From IMG/VR virus record IMGVR_UViG_3300049215_000063, positions 2,147-66,146 of that record: a stretch of DNA of 64,000 nucleotides; one strand, given 5' to 3'. A model generated the notes under the pieces. It saw only the letters and a program-made list of their open reading frames with translations, had not been told where the DNA came from and ran no database searches. Position numbers and translations under genes: made by a program. Positions 38,055-47,530 of the stretch are shown here, piece by piece (position 1 is the first letter of the stretch; every line of letters begins with the position of its first letter). This DNA is from a virus. Lineage: Duplodnaviria > Caudoviricetes.

Positions 38055-39527
38055 ATGAAACATTTCATCGCCTTGGTCGGTTGCGTTGTTTATTTGATCG
38101 TGTCGCAAGCGCCGGCGTTCGCGTTGAGCGATTCCGCGATCCCGACCAAGATCCCGACTTGGTGGGGCGAGCTTGCCGGGTCGCCTTACATCACCTGTCC
38201 GGTGCCGACACCTTCGCAGGTCAGCATTACCGCGGGGAGGGCGTCGTGGACGACGGGCTTTCCGCCTTTGACCTTTACGCCTGTCGCCTCGGGCGGCGTG
38301 CCGCCATTCGGGCAGGACATGAACGGCGCGCTTTGCCAAATTTCGCAATGGACGCAATGGCAGAACGCCGGCGCGCCGACCTTCTACGATTCCGTGTTCT
38401 CGACGGCCGTCAGCGGCTATCCGGCCGGCGCCGTGGTAGCGAACGCGTCGACTGCGGGGTGCTTCTGGGTCTCGACCGCCGACAACAATACCAGTAATCC
38501 GGACACGGGCGGCGCGAACTGGAACGCATCATGCCCCGGCGGCGGAATAGGTGGAGCATCGACCGGATCGGCGAATTCTCAGGTCGTCACGACGACGCCG
38601 TTTGCGCTTAGTTCCGGGCGTCCACTTGCCGGCACGGTCATCGCCTACAAGGCCGGTTATTCGAACACGTTGGCGCTGCAGGTCAATGTCAATAGTACCG
38701 GATTAATCAACGTCTATCGGCATTCGCAGCGCGGCGCGACGCTCTCCGTTGGCGGCGAGACGATTGCCGGGCAGATGGTGACGCTGCAGTACGATGGATC
38801 GGTGTGGCAGTGCCAATCGTGCGCCGTCGCCTATGTCGGCGAAGAAAAGATACACACCGGACCCGCGTCGACAGTGCCTGCGGGTTACGCAATCGAGAAT
38901 GGGGCCTGCGTGTCTCTGACGACTTACGCGGACCTCTATGCCGTCTATGGCAGCACGGACACGTGGTCGCCGGGATCGACCGGCGGCGCGTGTTCGTCGG
39001 GGTACTTTCACCTGAAATTTGCCAACGGCCAGGGATCATTTGCGAGCAATACGCAGGGCGGCCAGACCGGGCCGCTGACGAATTGTACGGCGACGGTGGG
39101 AGCCACATGCGGAGCTCAGACGGAGACGATCGCGCAGGCCAATCTACCCAATGTAAGTTTCACTAACTCCGGCATCGCTGTCATCAACGGCGGCAATACC
39201 GGCATCGCTGTCACCAACGGCGGCAATACCGGCATCGCTGTGAATAATGGAACACCCACTATCCCCGTTTGCCAAAATGGTTTGACATGTACGGGCGGAA
39301 GTGGGCTTGTCGGTTTTGGAGATACTGGCACCATTGCCGGTAATATGTCTGGCGTTGCTACTAATGTTAGTATCTCTGCGCAGGGCAACAGCAATGTCTA
39401 CGTTTCGTCTCAGGGCAACAGCTCAGTCTACGTTTCGTCTCAGGGCAGTGCAGCATCGGGTGGTTCTGGCACCGCGCTCCCAATCGTGCCGCCAATCAAT
39501 TCCAACATCTTCATCGTAAAACTCTGA
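38055..39527 (+). CDS. tail fibre with tail-collar domain and apparent N-terminal signal peptide
   Basis: MKHFIALVGCVVYLIVSQAPAFA leader; GFPPLTF..GGVPP.GQDMNG docking motif; collar VG..VPAGY..NG..S..TYADLYAVYG; 12 Cys in mature part. Confidence 0.82.
   Translation: MKHFIALVGCVVYLIVSQAPAFALSDSAIPTKIPTWWGELAGSPYITCPVPTPSQVSITAGRASWTTGFPPLTFTPVASGGVPPFGQDMNGALCQISQWTQWQNAGAPTFYDSVFSTAVSGYPAGAVVANASTAGCFWVSTADNNTSNPDTGGANWNASCPGGGIGGASTGSANSQVVTTTPFALSSGRPLAGTVIAYKAGYSNTLALQVNVNSTGLINVYRHSQRGATLSVGGETIAGQMVTLQYDGSVWQCQSCAVAYVGEEKIHTGPASTVPAGYAIENGACVSLTTYADLYAVYGSTDTWSPGSTGGACSSGYFHLKFANGQGSFASNTQGGQTGPLTNCTATVGATCGAQTETIAQANLPNVSFTNSGIAVINGGNTGIAVTNGGNTGIAVNNGTPTIPVCQNGLTCTGGSGLVGFGDTGTIAGNMSGVATNVSISAQGNSNVYVSSQGNSSVYVSSQGSAASGGSGTALPIVPPINSNIFIVKL
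39168..39447 (+). repeat. two sets of 30-bp coding repeats flanking the fibre tip
   Basis: GIAVxNGGNT about 2.5x (39168-39245) and QGNSxVYVSS about 2.3x (39381-39447). Confidence 0.75.
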
Positions 39528-39552
39528 TCGTCGAGAAAAAGGAAAACCTCAC

Positions 39553-40056
39553 ATGCGCCTGATCGCCGCCGCGTTCGCCGTTGCGTTGCTCTCCGTCCCC
39601 GCCTTCGCGGGCGACGCGCCCAAGAAGCTGACGCTGTCGGAATGCATCAACCTGCGCGCTGCGTTACGAGCGCTGGATTCCTATCAGGGTGTCGATAAGG
39701 ACGGAAAATCGTCGCCTCAGCAATACAAGCTCGGCGCGCTGCGCGGGCCGATCGCGCTCGATGCGCTCGCGCTCGATACGGTCATCAAGGCCGGCGACGA
39801 GGCGCGGGTTGCCCTGGTGACGGAGCTTCTGCCGAAGGGAGTTCCGAACGAACACAGCAAGGAATACACCGATTTCGTCGCCAATAATCCCGACTACAAA
39901 AAGTTCATTGCGGAATATCAGATCATGCTGGCGGCTCCGCAAAGCATCGACATTCCGCACATCAAACTTTCCGATCTGAAAATCGGCGATGCGCCGGACG
40001 GCAATCCGATTCCGACCGATGTCATTACCGCCTTGGCGCCGATCCTGGACCGCTAA
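39553..40056 (+). CDS. exported helical protein, putative fibre chaperone
   Basis: MRLIAAAFAVALLSVPAFA signal peptide; lies between the two fibre genes. Confidence 0.7.
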   Translation: MRLIAAAFAVALLSVPAFAGDAPKKLTLSECINLRAALRALDSYQGVDKDGKSSPQQYKLGALRGPIALDALALDTVIKAGDEARVALVTELLPKGVPNEHSKEYTDFVANNPDYKKFIAEYQIMLAAPQSIDIPHIKLSDLKIGDAPDGNPIPTDVITALAPILDR

Positions 40057-40090
40057 AAGCAAACCGTTCGCGCTGGAAATGGACACGGCA

Positions 40091-43000
40091 ATGCGATCAT
40101 TCGTATCTATCATCATTGCGTTGATTGCAACGCTCTGCGGCGGGGCTGCGCATGCGCAGTCCCCCGTCGGCTCACCGTGTCCCTACATCGCCTATGGTTC
40201 GGTGCTGACGGCGGCGCAATGGCAATACTGTTTCGAGATCAAAGCCGATGCGACCACGGGCGGCTATTTGCCGCTCGCCGGCGGCACGATGACGGGGCCT
40301 CTGGTCACGGCGCCGTCCGCAACCGGGGGTGCCGGTTTCAATCTTGCGGCAGGGACGGCTCCGACCTCGCCGAACAACGGTGACATGTGGTCGACGAGCG
40401 CCGGCTTCTACGGCCAGGCGGGCGGTGTCACTTATGGCCCGTTCACGGAGGGCACGGCCGGCAGCTTCGCGGCGACCGCTCCGCTCGCCGTCACATTCCC
40501 ATCGAGTGTCGTCACCTATGCGCTCGCCTACAATTCGTCGTTGACCAAAGACGGCAGCAACAATCTCGGCATCAATCTCGCCAACACCAACGTCTATTCG
40601 ATCCTGCAGACGATCGATCTTGGCACCGGGACCGCGCCGGCGGCGGGCCCAGGGGCCGGCTTCGACCTTTATGGCGCGAATGGCGCCAGCGCGCGTTCGG
40701 AAATCACCGCCTTCACCAATGGCACGTCGGGCGTTTCGGCGATCTTTGACGGCCGGACTTCGCTCGGAACGCGGGCGTCCCCTTCGGCGGTAACGAGCGG
40801 CACGCTGCTATCGTCATTCGAGGGCAAGGGCTACGACACGTCGGTGTGGACCGGCACCGGTGGATCCGTCCACGTCTATGCGGAGGGGACGTTCTCCCCG
40901 ACCTCGCATCCCGGCGAGGCCTGCCTTGCCACCACAGCGTCGGGCGCGACCGCGACCACGGATTGGCTGTGCGTTCACAATGACGGCGGGGCGACGCTGG
41001 GAAGCCCCACGGGAGGCGATGAGGGCGCGGGCACTCTGAACCTCGCCGGGGCGCTCTACGGCAATGGGACGGCGCCTACGGGCACGGGGGGCTATGTCCG
41101 TGCGATCTCGCCGACGCTGGTGACACCGGCGCTCGCCGCCGCTATTGCGACCAGCATCAACGGGCTCGCAATCACCACGACGATCGGCAGCACGCTTGAC
41201 ATCGCGAACGGCAAGACATTGACCGACACGTCCGGCGTCGGCGCCGATCTGTTGCTCGGCGCGACGGGCGGCGGCTTTACGGCCTACGGTGGCACGTCCA
41301 GCGCCGGCAATGTGCTCACGGCGCTTAGCGCGGCTGGTGCCGGCAGCTTCCTTCCCTACGGGCTCACCGGCAATTCGACGCTGGTCGAGACGACGACGGG
41401 TGGCTTGCTCACGCCATCGCTGCTGCCGGCGGCTACATCGTCAGTCATCGGTGGCGTTATTGTCGGCACCGGCCTCACCGTATCGAGCGGCACCATCACG
41501 CCAACATTCGGCACCGCAACCAATCAGGTTGCTGAGGGCGGGGTAATCACGGCGGCAGGCCCGATCGGTTCGGCGACCGCCATTCCGGTCATTACCTACA
41601 ACGCGGCGGGGCAGCTCACCACAGTCGGCACGGCAACGCCCACGGTCGCGTCGGTTAATGGCGTCTCCTACGGCTCGTCGCCATCGATCAACACTGTTCC
41701 CGTGGTGACGGGAACAAACGCGACGACCTATGAGGCGGTGCCGAACGCCGCACTCGCCAATTCGGCAATCACGCTTGGGGGCACGAGCGTTTCTCTTGGC
41801 GGCACAACCGGCGTTAGCGGTACGCCGATCTCTGGACTTTATCTTTCCAGCCCCAATATCGCGACCACGATCAACGGCAGTCCTACGTGGCCTTCGCCGG
41901 GAGTGATCGGCGGCACGACGCCGGCGGCGATCACCGGCACCACGATAACCGGCACGGCATCGGTCACGGATAGCGGCCTTTCGACCCAAGGCGCGACCTG
42001 CAACAGTTCCGCTGGGCTATTCTCCACCACGACCACGGGCTGCGCGAACTTTATTCAATCCCTCGCGACGGGCGGCACCGGCGCTGCCATCAGTGCGACG
42101 CAGTACGGTCTACCCTACTTTTCGTCCACGACCGCGATGGGCAGTACGGCGGCCGGCACGACCTCGACGTTGTTTCAGGGCAACGCCTCTGGGCCGCCGA
42201 CCTGGGTCAGTACGCTGCCGGCGACAGTGCAAGGCAACATCACCGCGACTGGCGCGTTGGCGTCGGGCTCGATCGCGTCCGGCTTCGGTGCCATCGTCAC
42301 GTCCAACACTATCGCGACCGCCGCCCATACGATCACGTCGCCGTCGGCGGACGCCCTCGCCGTCGGTCCCAACGGCACAACCAATCCAACGCTCCAGGTC
42401 AACGCGTCCGCGTCAAGCGCTGCGACCGGCCTTGATATCGTCGGCGCGGCGGCAGGCAGCGGCCTCGCGCTCTCCGTCATTTCCAGCGGAACCAACGAGA
42501 ACCTGACGCTCAACGCCAAAGGCTCGGGGACTATCGGCATCGGTTCCGTCTCGACGGGCGCCGTGACGATCACGCCGAACACCATTCTAGGCGGCACGCT
42601 CACGGCCGCGTCGCTCGCGGCCTCGGGCACGGCCGCAAGCTCACTGTGCATCACTTCTGGCGGAGGGGTCTACACGAGTGTTGGCGTCAACTGCTTTGCG
42701 AATGGTTCGGCTACTGCCGGCGGCTCGAACACGCAGGCCCAGTACAACGCCAGCGGTTCGCTTGGCGGCATTTCAGGGGTAACCTCGAACGGCACGTCGA
42801 TGACGTTCGCAACGGGCGATCTTATTATCAACGGTGGCTCGGCCACGGCTGGTATTGCAACGGTCACGTCGGGTGGTGTTGTGAGCAGCGAGGCTGTGGT
42901 GCCGGTGGCGAACGGCGGGACTGCGGCATCGGCGTCAGTCGCCTATTCATTGTTCGGTAATACGGCGAATAATACGACGGGAGCGGGATATTTTGCTATT

Positions 43001-43615
43001 GGCGGACTGACGAACAAGGCGTCTCCCACTGGTAGTGATTTGATTCTTATTCAGGACCAAGCGGCGAGCGGCCAGCTCAAATATGCTTCCATGTCTGCCG
43101 TCGCCTCGGTCGGCGTGGCGTCCATCGCTGGCAATACCGGCGCATTTACGCTCAGCACTGGTATCACAAACTCCACCAACGTTATTCAGCTCGCGCTGAA
43201 TAACGCAACACTTCAAGCGCAACCATCTAATCCAACTGGAACGACCACTACTTCCGCCAACGTGATGATGGGCCTCGGCGGCACATGCAAGATCACGCCA
43301 GTTTATAGTGGACGTATTTTTGTTCAATTCATGGGAGACGTTGCCAATAGTGTCACTGGCGATAGCGCATTCTTCACGGCTCACTACGGCACGGGCACCG
43401 CACCAGTCAACGCCGCCGCTGCGACCGGCACAGTCATTGGTGCACAGATCGGTATGACAGAGCCGGTCGGAGGCGACATTATTCCCTTCACTGTCGGCGG
43501 CATTGTCACAGGGTTGACGCCTAGCACGGCTTATTGGCTGGATATGGGCCTGCAAGCGTTCACCGGCGGCACCGCCACCCTCACCAACTTATCGTGCAAC
43601 GCAATGGAGTTTTGA
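40091..43615 (+). CDS. long tail fibre/adhesin with apparent N-terminal signal peptide
   Basis: MRSFVSIIIALIATLCGGAAHA leader; G.VLTAAQW..F..K.D and YLPLAGGTMTG.L fibre motifs; G/T/A/S-rich; 10 Cys in mature part. Confidence 0.8.
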   Translation: MRSFVSIIIALIATLCGGAAHAQSPVGSPCPYIAYGSVLTAAQWQYCFEIKADATTGGYLPLAGGTMTGPLVTAPSATGGAGFNLAAGTAPTSPNNGDMWSTSAGFYGQAGGVTYGPFTEGTAGSFAATAPLAVTFPSSVVTYALAYNSSLTKDGSNNLGINLANTNVYSILQTIDLGTGTAPAAGPGAGFDLYGANGASARSEITAFTNGTSGVSAIFDGRTSLGTRASPSAVTSGTLLSSFEGKGYDTSVWTGTGGSVHVYAEGTFSPTSHPGEACLATTASGATATTDWLCVHNDGGATLGSPTGGDEGAGTLNLAGALYGNGTAPTGTGGYVRAISPTLVTPALAAAIATSINGLAITTTIGSTLDIANGKTLTDTSGVGADLLLGATGGGFTAYGGTSSAGNVLTALSAAGAGSFLPYGLTGNSTLVETTTGGLLTPSLLPAATSSVIGGVIVGTGLTVSSGTITPTFGTATNQVAEGGVITAAGPIGSATAIPVITYNAAGQLTTVGTATPTVASVNGVSYGSSPSINTVPVVTGTNATTYEAVPNAALANSAITLGGTSVSLGGTTGVSGTPISGLYLSSPNIATTINGSPTWPSPGVIGGTTPAAITGTTITGTASVTDSGLSTQGATCNSSAGLFSTTTTGCANFIQSLATGGTGAAISATQYGLPYFSSTTAMGSTAAGTTSTLFQGNASGPPTWVSTLPATVQGNITATGALASGSIASGFGAIVTSNTIATAAHTITSPSADALAVGPNGTTNPTLQVNASASSAATGLDIVGAAAGSGLALSVISSGTNENLTLNAKGSGTIGIGSVSTGAVTITPNTILGGTLTAASLAASGTAASSLCITSGGGVYTSVGVNCFANGSATAGGSNTQAQYNASGSLGGISGVTSNGTSMTFATGDLIINGGSATAGIATVTSGGVVSSEAVVPVANGGTAASASVAYSLFGNTANNTTGAGYFAIGGLTNKASPTGSDLILIQDQAASGQLKYASMSAVASVGVASIAGNTGAFTLSTGITNSTNVIQLALNNATLQAQPSNPTGTTTTSANVMMGLGGTCKITPVYSGRIFVQFMGDVANSVTGDSAFFTAHYGTGTAPVNAAAATGTVIGAQIGMTEPVGGDIIPFTVGGIVTGLTPSTAYWLDMGLQAFTGGTATLTNLSCNAMEF

Positions 43616-43663
43616 TACCGCCGCCATCTACGTCACACGCGTCAGATAATTGAGGAAATAAAA

Positions 43664-44131
43664 ATGACCATCACTGCATTCCGCGCTGGGAAAAATGGCA
43701 CTAGCCAGAACTACGTTCCGCCCAACCCGACGACCTATGTGAAGATCACTTGGCCATATCTCTTTTTTGACGGCACTGGAGGATTCGACAACGCGACAAA
43801 CTTCAGATGGACCGCTCCGAGTGCCGGAATCATCGTGTTGGGTTTTCAGGTCTGGAACCAAGCTGGCGCGACTAATTCTCAGAACGGCCCTCTCGTCTCG
43901 AAGATTTACAAGAATGGCGGCGGCTGGTACGACATTGCCGGTATCGGAGACATCGGTAGCTTTCCGAATACCTCTCCGCAAGGCGGTTCGATGGTTGATG
44001 AATGTGCGCAAGGCGATTACTACGAAATCTGGAATTATTGCCAACCCGAATCTTTCTCGACTAACATCACAATCGATGGCAACAATGCCCACACTTGGTG
44101 GTGGGGACTGTTCATTCCATCGGGAACGTAG
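43664..44131 (+). CDS. C1q/TNF-like domain protein
   Basis: AFRA..KITW...FD..GGFD..NFRWTAP.AG..IYKNG..GDYYEIW. Confidence 0.65.
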   Translation: MTITAFRAGKNGTSQNYVPPNPTTYVKITWPYLFFDGTGGFDNATNFRWTAPSAGIIVLGFQVWNQAGATNSQNGPLVSKIYKNGGGWYDIAGIGDIGSFPNTSPQGGSMVDECAQGDYYEIWNYCQPESFSTNITIDGNNAHTWWWGLFIPSGT

Positions 44132-44243
44132 TCACAGCATGAACACTGCAGACCATCAAGGCCGGTATTATGGCGCAAACGCCACCGGGAATAGCCTAAC
44201 CCGTTGATGTTTATCCATAATACCGTGCATTCCAAAAAGGGGA

Positions 44244-45092
44244 ATGTACGATGGGATTATCCGCACGAGAATGTCTGTCCCCACCAATTCACTGGGGAAT
44301 CATTCGATGGGTCGCGTGGAGATTGTCTCTCGGGGTACGATCCCGGGAAGGAGTCGAATCGTGGCCAAGCGAAACTTTTTCATCCGTGTGCTCGAATGGC
44401 TTGGGCATTTCGAGACAATTCAGGCGATCATCCAAGCGGAGTTTATCCGCACGTTGCTGGTGCCGACCGTGACGGCGCTGGCTACGGGTGGCGCTGGGAT
44501 ATTGGGCGGTTTACCGCTCATGTGGATTTTTATGGCGACCGCCGTGGCGGGCGCAAGCGCCGCAATAGGGATTCTCAACGCGAGCACTTATTTGGAGCGC
44601 AAAAATCCAGCCTACAAGTTACAAGTCGTAGAGACCGTTTTCAGCTTCGATTTGTTTCCGATCAGCGCGCCCAACAGGAAGCAGCGTAAGGCCGCGACAG
44701 CTCAGGGAGGGTCGCCAGCAATCCCGGCTTTCAGGCATCTTGTAAGAGGCCAATTAGGATTTAGGGTGGGGAATCGGGCGAGCTTTCCGATTTCGATTAT
44801 CGCCTTCGCGGCTGAAACAGAGATCGAAGGTCTTAAGCCCCCGCGAGCGAAATTTCCAAAAAAGCCAATGATAATACAGCCGGGGGCGATACTTTGGATT
44901 CACGATGATCCGATCGCTTTCGACAACATGATTTGCGGCAATTTAGATGGTATAATGGATATGACGATCAAGTATGGGTTACCCGGTAAAGAACATTTCG
45001 AAATAGTCCACAAAGGAACCGTTGAAATCTTCATGGAGCCCTATGGCCTTATGAAACAGGTTTACTTTCATCCAGCTTCTAGCGAGTCCTAA
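44244..45092 (+). CDS. accessory membrane protein (probable IS passenger)
   Basis: Lower GC, two TM segments, converges on the DUF6471-like gene. Confidence 0.6.
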   Translation: MYDGIIRTRMSVPTNSLGNHSMGRVEIVSRGTIPGRSRIVAKRNFFIRVLEWLGHFETIQAIIQAEFIRTLLVPTVTALATGGAGILGGLPLMWIFMATAVAGASAAIGILNASTYLERKNPAYKLQVVETVFSFDLFPISAPNRKQRKAATAQGGSPAIPAFRHLVRGQLGFRVGNRASFPISIIAFAAETEIEGLKPPRAKFPKKPMIIQPGAILWIHDDPIAFDNMICGNLDGIMDMTIKYGLPGKEHFEIVHKGTVEIFMEPYGLMKQVYFHPASSES

Positions 45093-45337
45093 ATTTCCTC
45101 CAAAGCCACGCCGTCCAATTCCAGCGCTGCAAGACACGCCAGAAAGAACGTCGCCGGGAACGTTCCCCGTTTGAGCTTATTCGTAATCGACGCTTCAGTT
45201 TCGTCTTTAAACCCATGCTTCTTGAGCCGCTGGGCTAGCTCCACATAGGTTATTTCGGCATCGCGCAGCTTGTGCTTGAGGAACGCGGCGGCTCGTTCCG
45301 CCCACTCCGCCTCTGAGGTTATCGACATGTCATGCAC
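45089..45337 (-). CDS. DUF6471-like HTH protein
   Basis: LK..L....ITY.ELA.RL..G..ETEASI.NKL.RGTF.A.F. Confidence 0.75.
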   Translation of the reverse strand: MHDMSITSEAEWAERAAAFLKHKLRDAEITYVELAQRLKKHGFKDETEASITNKLKRGTFPATFFLACLAALELDGVALEEI

Positions 45338-45381
45338 CTATCGCATACGATAGGCTATCACTTATGATATTTTGCGCTTGG

Positions 45382-45441
45382 CTGGCGATGAAGCGGAGGC
45401 AGTCGGTGGACTTCACGGGATATTGGCAGCGACACCATTAA
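45382..45441 (+). pseudogene. last ~19 codons of an IS1595-family transposase
   Basis: LAMKRRQSVDFTGYWQRHH-stop resembles the S..F.GYWQR end of DUF6471-linked IS1595 transposases. Confidence 0.5.
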
Positions 45442-45575
45442 CCATTCGCTAACTCGATTCAGCGAGAGCCTGAAGATTCCGTCTCGATTCCGAGGCGAAA
45501 AAAAGCCCGGCACGATGTCGGGCTAGGGGAGCAGTGCAATGGCTAACAACGCAACGTCGGTTTGGCATGCGGGGG

Positions 45576-45857
45576 TTATTGCGTCCGGGTCGTCCCTGGA
45601 GCAATGGTCCCGATCGGCTGATCTTGGATTATCTGGTTCAGTAGAACTTTCAGTTGGGCCGCTACATCAAGCGGCATCACCAATCGAGTTGCGACCGCCG
45701 CTGTCATTTTCGTCTGTGGCTGACCTTTCATCATCTGATCGAGATCGCCACGCATCACCGTGAAAGTTAGCGTCGCGCACGGCCCTAGAACGCTAAAATT
45801 TATTGGGCCGTTTACGACTAACGTTGGTGTAATGATCTGCTGAGCTATCTGGCTCAT
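45576..45857 (-). CDS. hypothetical accessory protein
   Basis: GAGGA SD; followed on the minus strand by hairpin plus T run at ~45498-45525. Confidence 0.6.
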   Translation of the reverse strand: MSQIAQQIITPTLVVNGPINFSVLGPCATLTFTVMRGDLDQMMKGQPQTKMTAAVATRLVMPLDVAAQLKVLLNQIIQDQPIGTIAPGTTRTQ

Positions 45858-46046
45858 TGGATTTATCCTCGTAATTATGCACGTTTGTGCGTTGGCCGGG
45901 CTTGACCACGCCTCGAATCTGAAATCTAGTGACCGACGCAACCACTTTACTGTCCCGCGCCCGGCCAAGGGTTGTGAATCGACCTGAGGCTGTATGTCAA
46001 TGCAGCCGTGCAGTTTTTTCCCGCCGCAATCCGAAGGTGATTCCGC

Positions 46047-46535
46047 ATGCGAGCTTTCCCGCCGCCGCTGCGCTATGGCGTGGCGAGCCTGCTGATCCTG
46101 TGCGCCCTGTCGGCCCTGCCGGCCTATGCGGGGCACCGGCATCATCATCGGCATCATGTGCACCATGAAGCGAGCCGCTCGGGTATAAGCTCCCATCCGC
46201 AGCGGTGGGAGTGGTCCTATGGTGACGTAGGACTACGGGGCGGCTCCCTTCATGGGCGCCCGTCCGATTGCTACGGCATCCCGTGGTGCGGCTGCTATCT
46301 GCGGCACCTTCTCGGCATCGCCGATCGCGAGCTCAACCGTGCCGTCGCATGGGCGCACTGGGGCCATGCAACCTACGCCCATGCCGGCGCGGTCGCGGTG
46401 TGGCGGCATCATGTCGGCATCATCCGCGGCGGTCCGGACCAGACTGGGCGGTGGCTGGTCGAGAGCGGCAATGACGGGCACGCGGTCCGCACGCGCTACC
46501 GCTCGCTGGCGCGCGCCATCGCGTTTCGGGAATGA
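46047..46535 (+). CDS. exported CHAP/NlpC-like cysteine peptidase
   Basis: Signal peptide (..ALPAYA), His-rich linker, PWCG..A..W..WG..HVGI..ESGN. Confidence 0.7.
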   Translation: MRAFPPPLRYGVASLLILCALSALPAYAGHRHHHRHHVHHEASRSGISSHPQRWEWSYGDVGLRGGSLHGRPSDCYGIPWCGCYLRHLLGIADRELNRAVAWAHWGHATYAHAGAVAVWRHHVGIIRGGPDQTGRWLVESGNDGHAVRTRYRSLARAIAFRE

Positions 46536-46691
46536 TCTCGCAGTGGTTCTGTCCGCGGCATCCGAACACGATGCTGGTGCGGCGCAATAGTATTGGTCCC
46601 CCTGCAGGCGCGGCGTTGATCTTTCAAAGACAATACTGCCCGCAATGCTGGCGCGAACAAATGGCGCAGATCAAATCGATGAGGCGCGATC

Positions 46692-47264
46692 ATGCGCGAA
46701 GACGAAGCCCATGGCGACTTTCCACACATGGTGCTGCCGCCGCTGAGCCCGTGTGAGAGCGTGGCGGCATGGCGCTATGGTTTGGCGCGGCTGATCGTGG
46801 TGTTGATCGGGAGTCTTATCATCGTCGCCGCGGGCCTCGCCGCGCTGATCCTGTGCGCCGCGGCCGCGCCGGCGCACGCGCGCGATCACGGCTTCGATCC
46901 AACGAGCCCGGTGACGCAATTCTTCGATCAGCTGAAGCGGCCCTATTGCGCGCCTGGCGCAAATGTCTGTTCGTGCTGTGGCAAAGCCGACGCCTATCCG
47001 GTCATGATCGACCAGGAAGCGACGTTCGACGGCGACAAGCCGGATGGTGTCGCTCATGTCATCGACGGTGCGGCGATCGTCTATCCGGACGGCACCGTCC
47101 GCTCCGTCATCCCCGACGGCACGGTGTTTCATTTCACCGGCCGCGACGTGACCAAGCTCAAGCAGGGCAACCCGACCAAGACGGCGTGGGCGTTCCTTGG
47201 GACCGGGCTTGGCGGTCAAATCTCGATCGTGTGGTGCGTGGTGCCGCTGCCGCCGGGGATGTGA
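46692..47264 (+). CDS. exported/membrane-anchored Cys-containing protein
   Basis: Hydrophobic leader ending APAHA; SCCGKADAY..GNP..WC. Confidence 0.6.
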   Translation: MREDEAHGDFPHMVLPPLSPCESVAAWRYGLARLIVVLIGSLIIVAAGLAALILCAAAAPAHARDHGFDPTSPVTQFFDQLKRPYCAPGANVCSCCGKADAYPVMIDQEATFDGDKPDGVAHVIDGAAIVYPDGTVRSVIPDGTVFHFTGRDVTKLKQGNPTKTAWAFLGTGLGGQISIVWCVVPLPPGM

Positions 47265-47283
47265 AAGAACAAAACAACGGGAG

Positions 47284-47529
47284 ATGCAAGCCATGGCCCT
47301 TATCGGCGTATTTCTGTTCGCGATCTATGCGTGGCTGTTCTTCGCCATCGTGGTCGCGCCGCTGCTGGTGGTCTGCTGCCTAATCGTCCTGATCTTGATC
47401 TCGCTGCGCATCCGCAACGAGGCGGTTGGCGGCATTATGTGCGGCGCATCGTGTGCCGGAATTGTCGTCTGCGTTGTTTGGGTGGCGAGCAATGATCCGG
47501 TCGGCGTCATTCGTTTGATTGGAGGCTGA
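47284..47529 (+). CDS. small multi-TM protein, holin candidate
   Basis: Almost entirely hydrophobic; directly before the endolysin. Confidence 0.45.
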   Translation: MQAMALIGVFLFAIYAWLFFAIVVAPLLVVCCLIVLILISLRIRNEAVGGIMCGASCAGIVVCVVWVASNDPVGVIRLIGG

Positions 47530-47530
47530 C

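Noticed and set aside
38055-44131. Diversity-generating retroelement acting on fibres
   Set aside because: No reverse transcriptase and no template/variable repeat pair seen in the window
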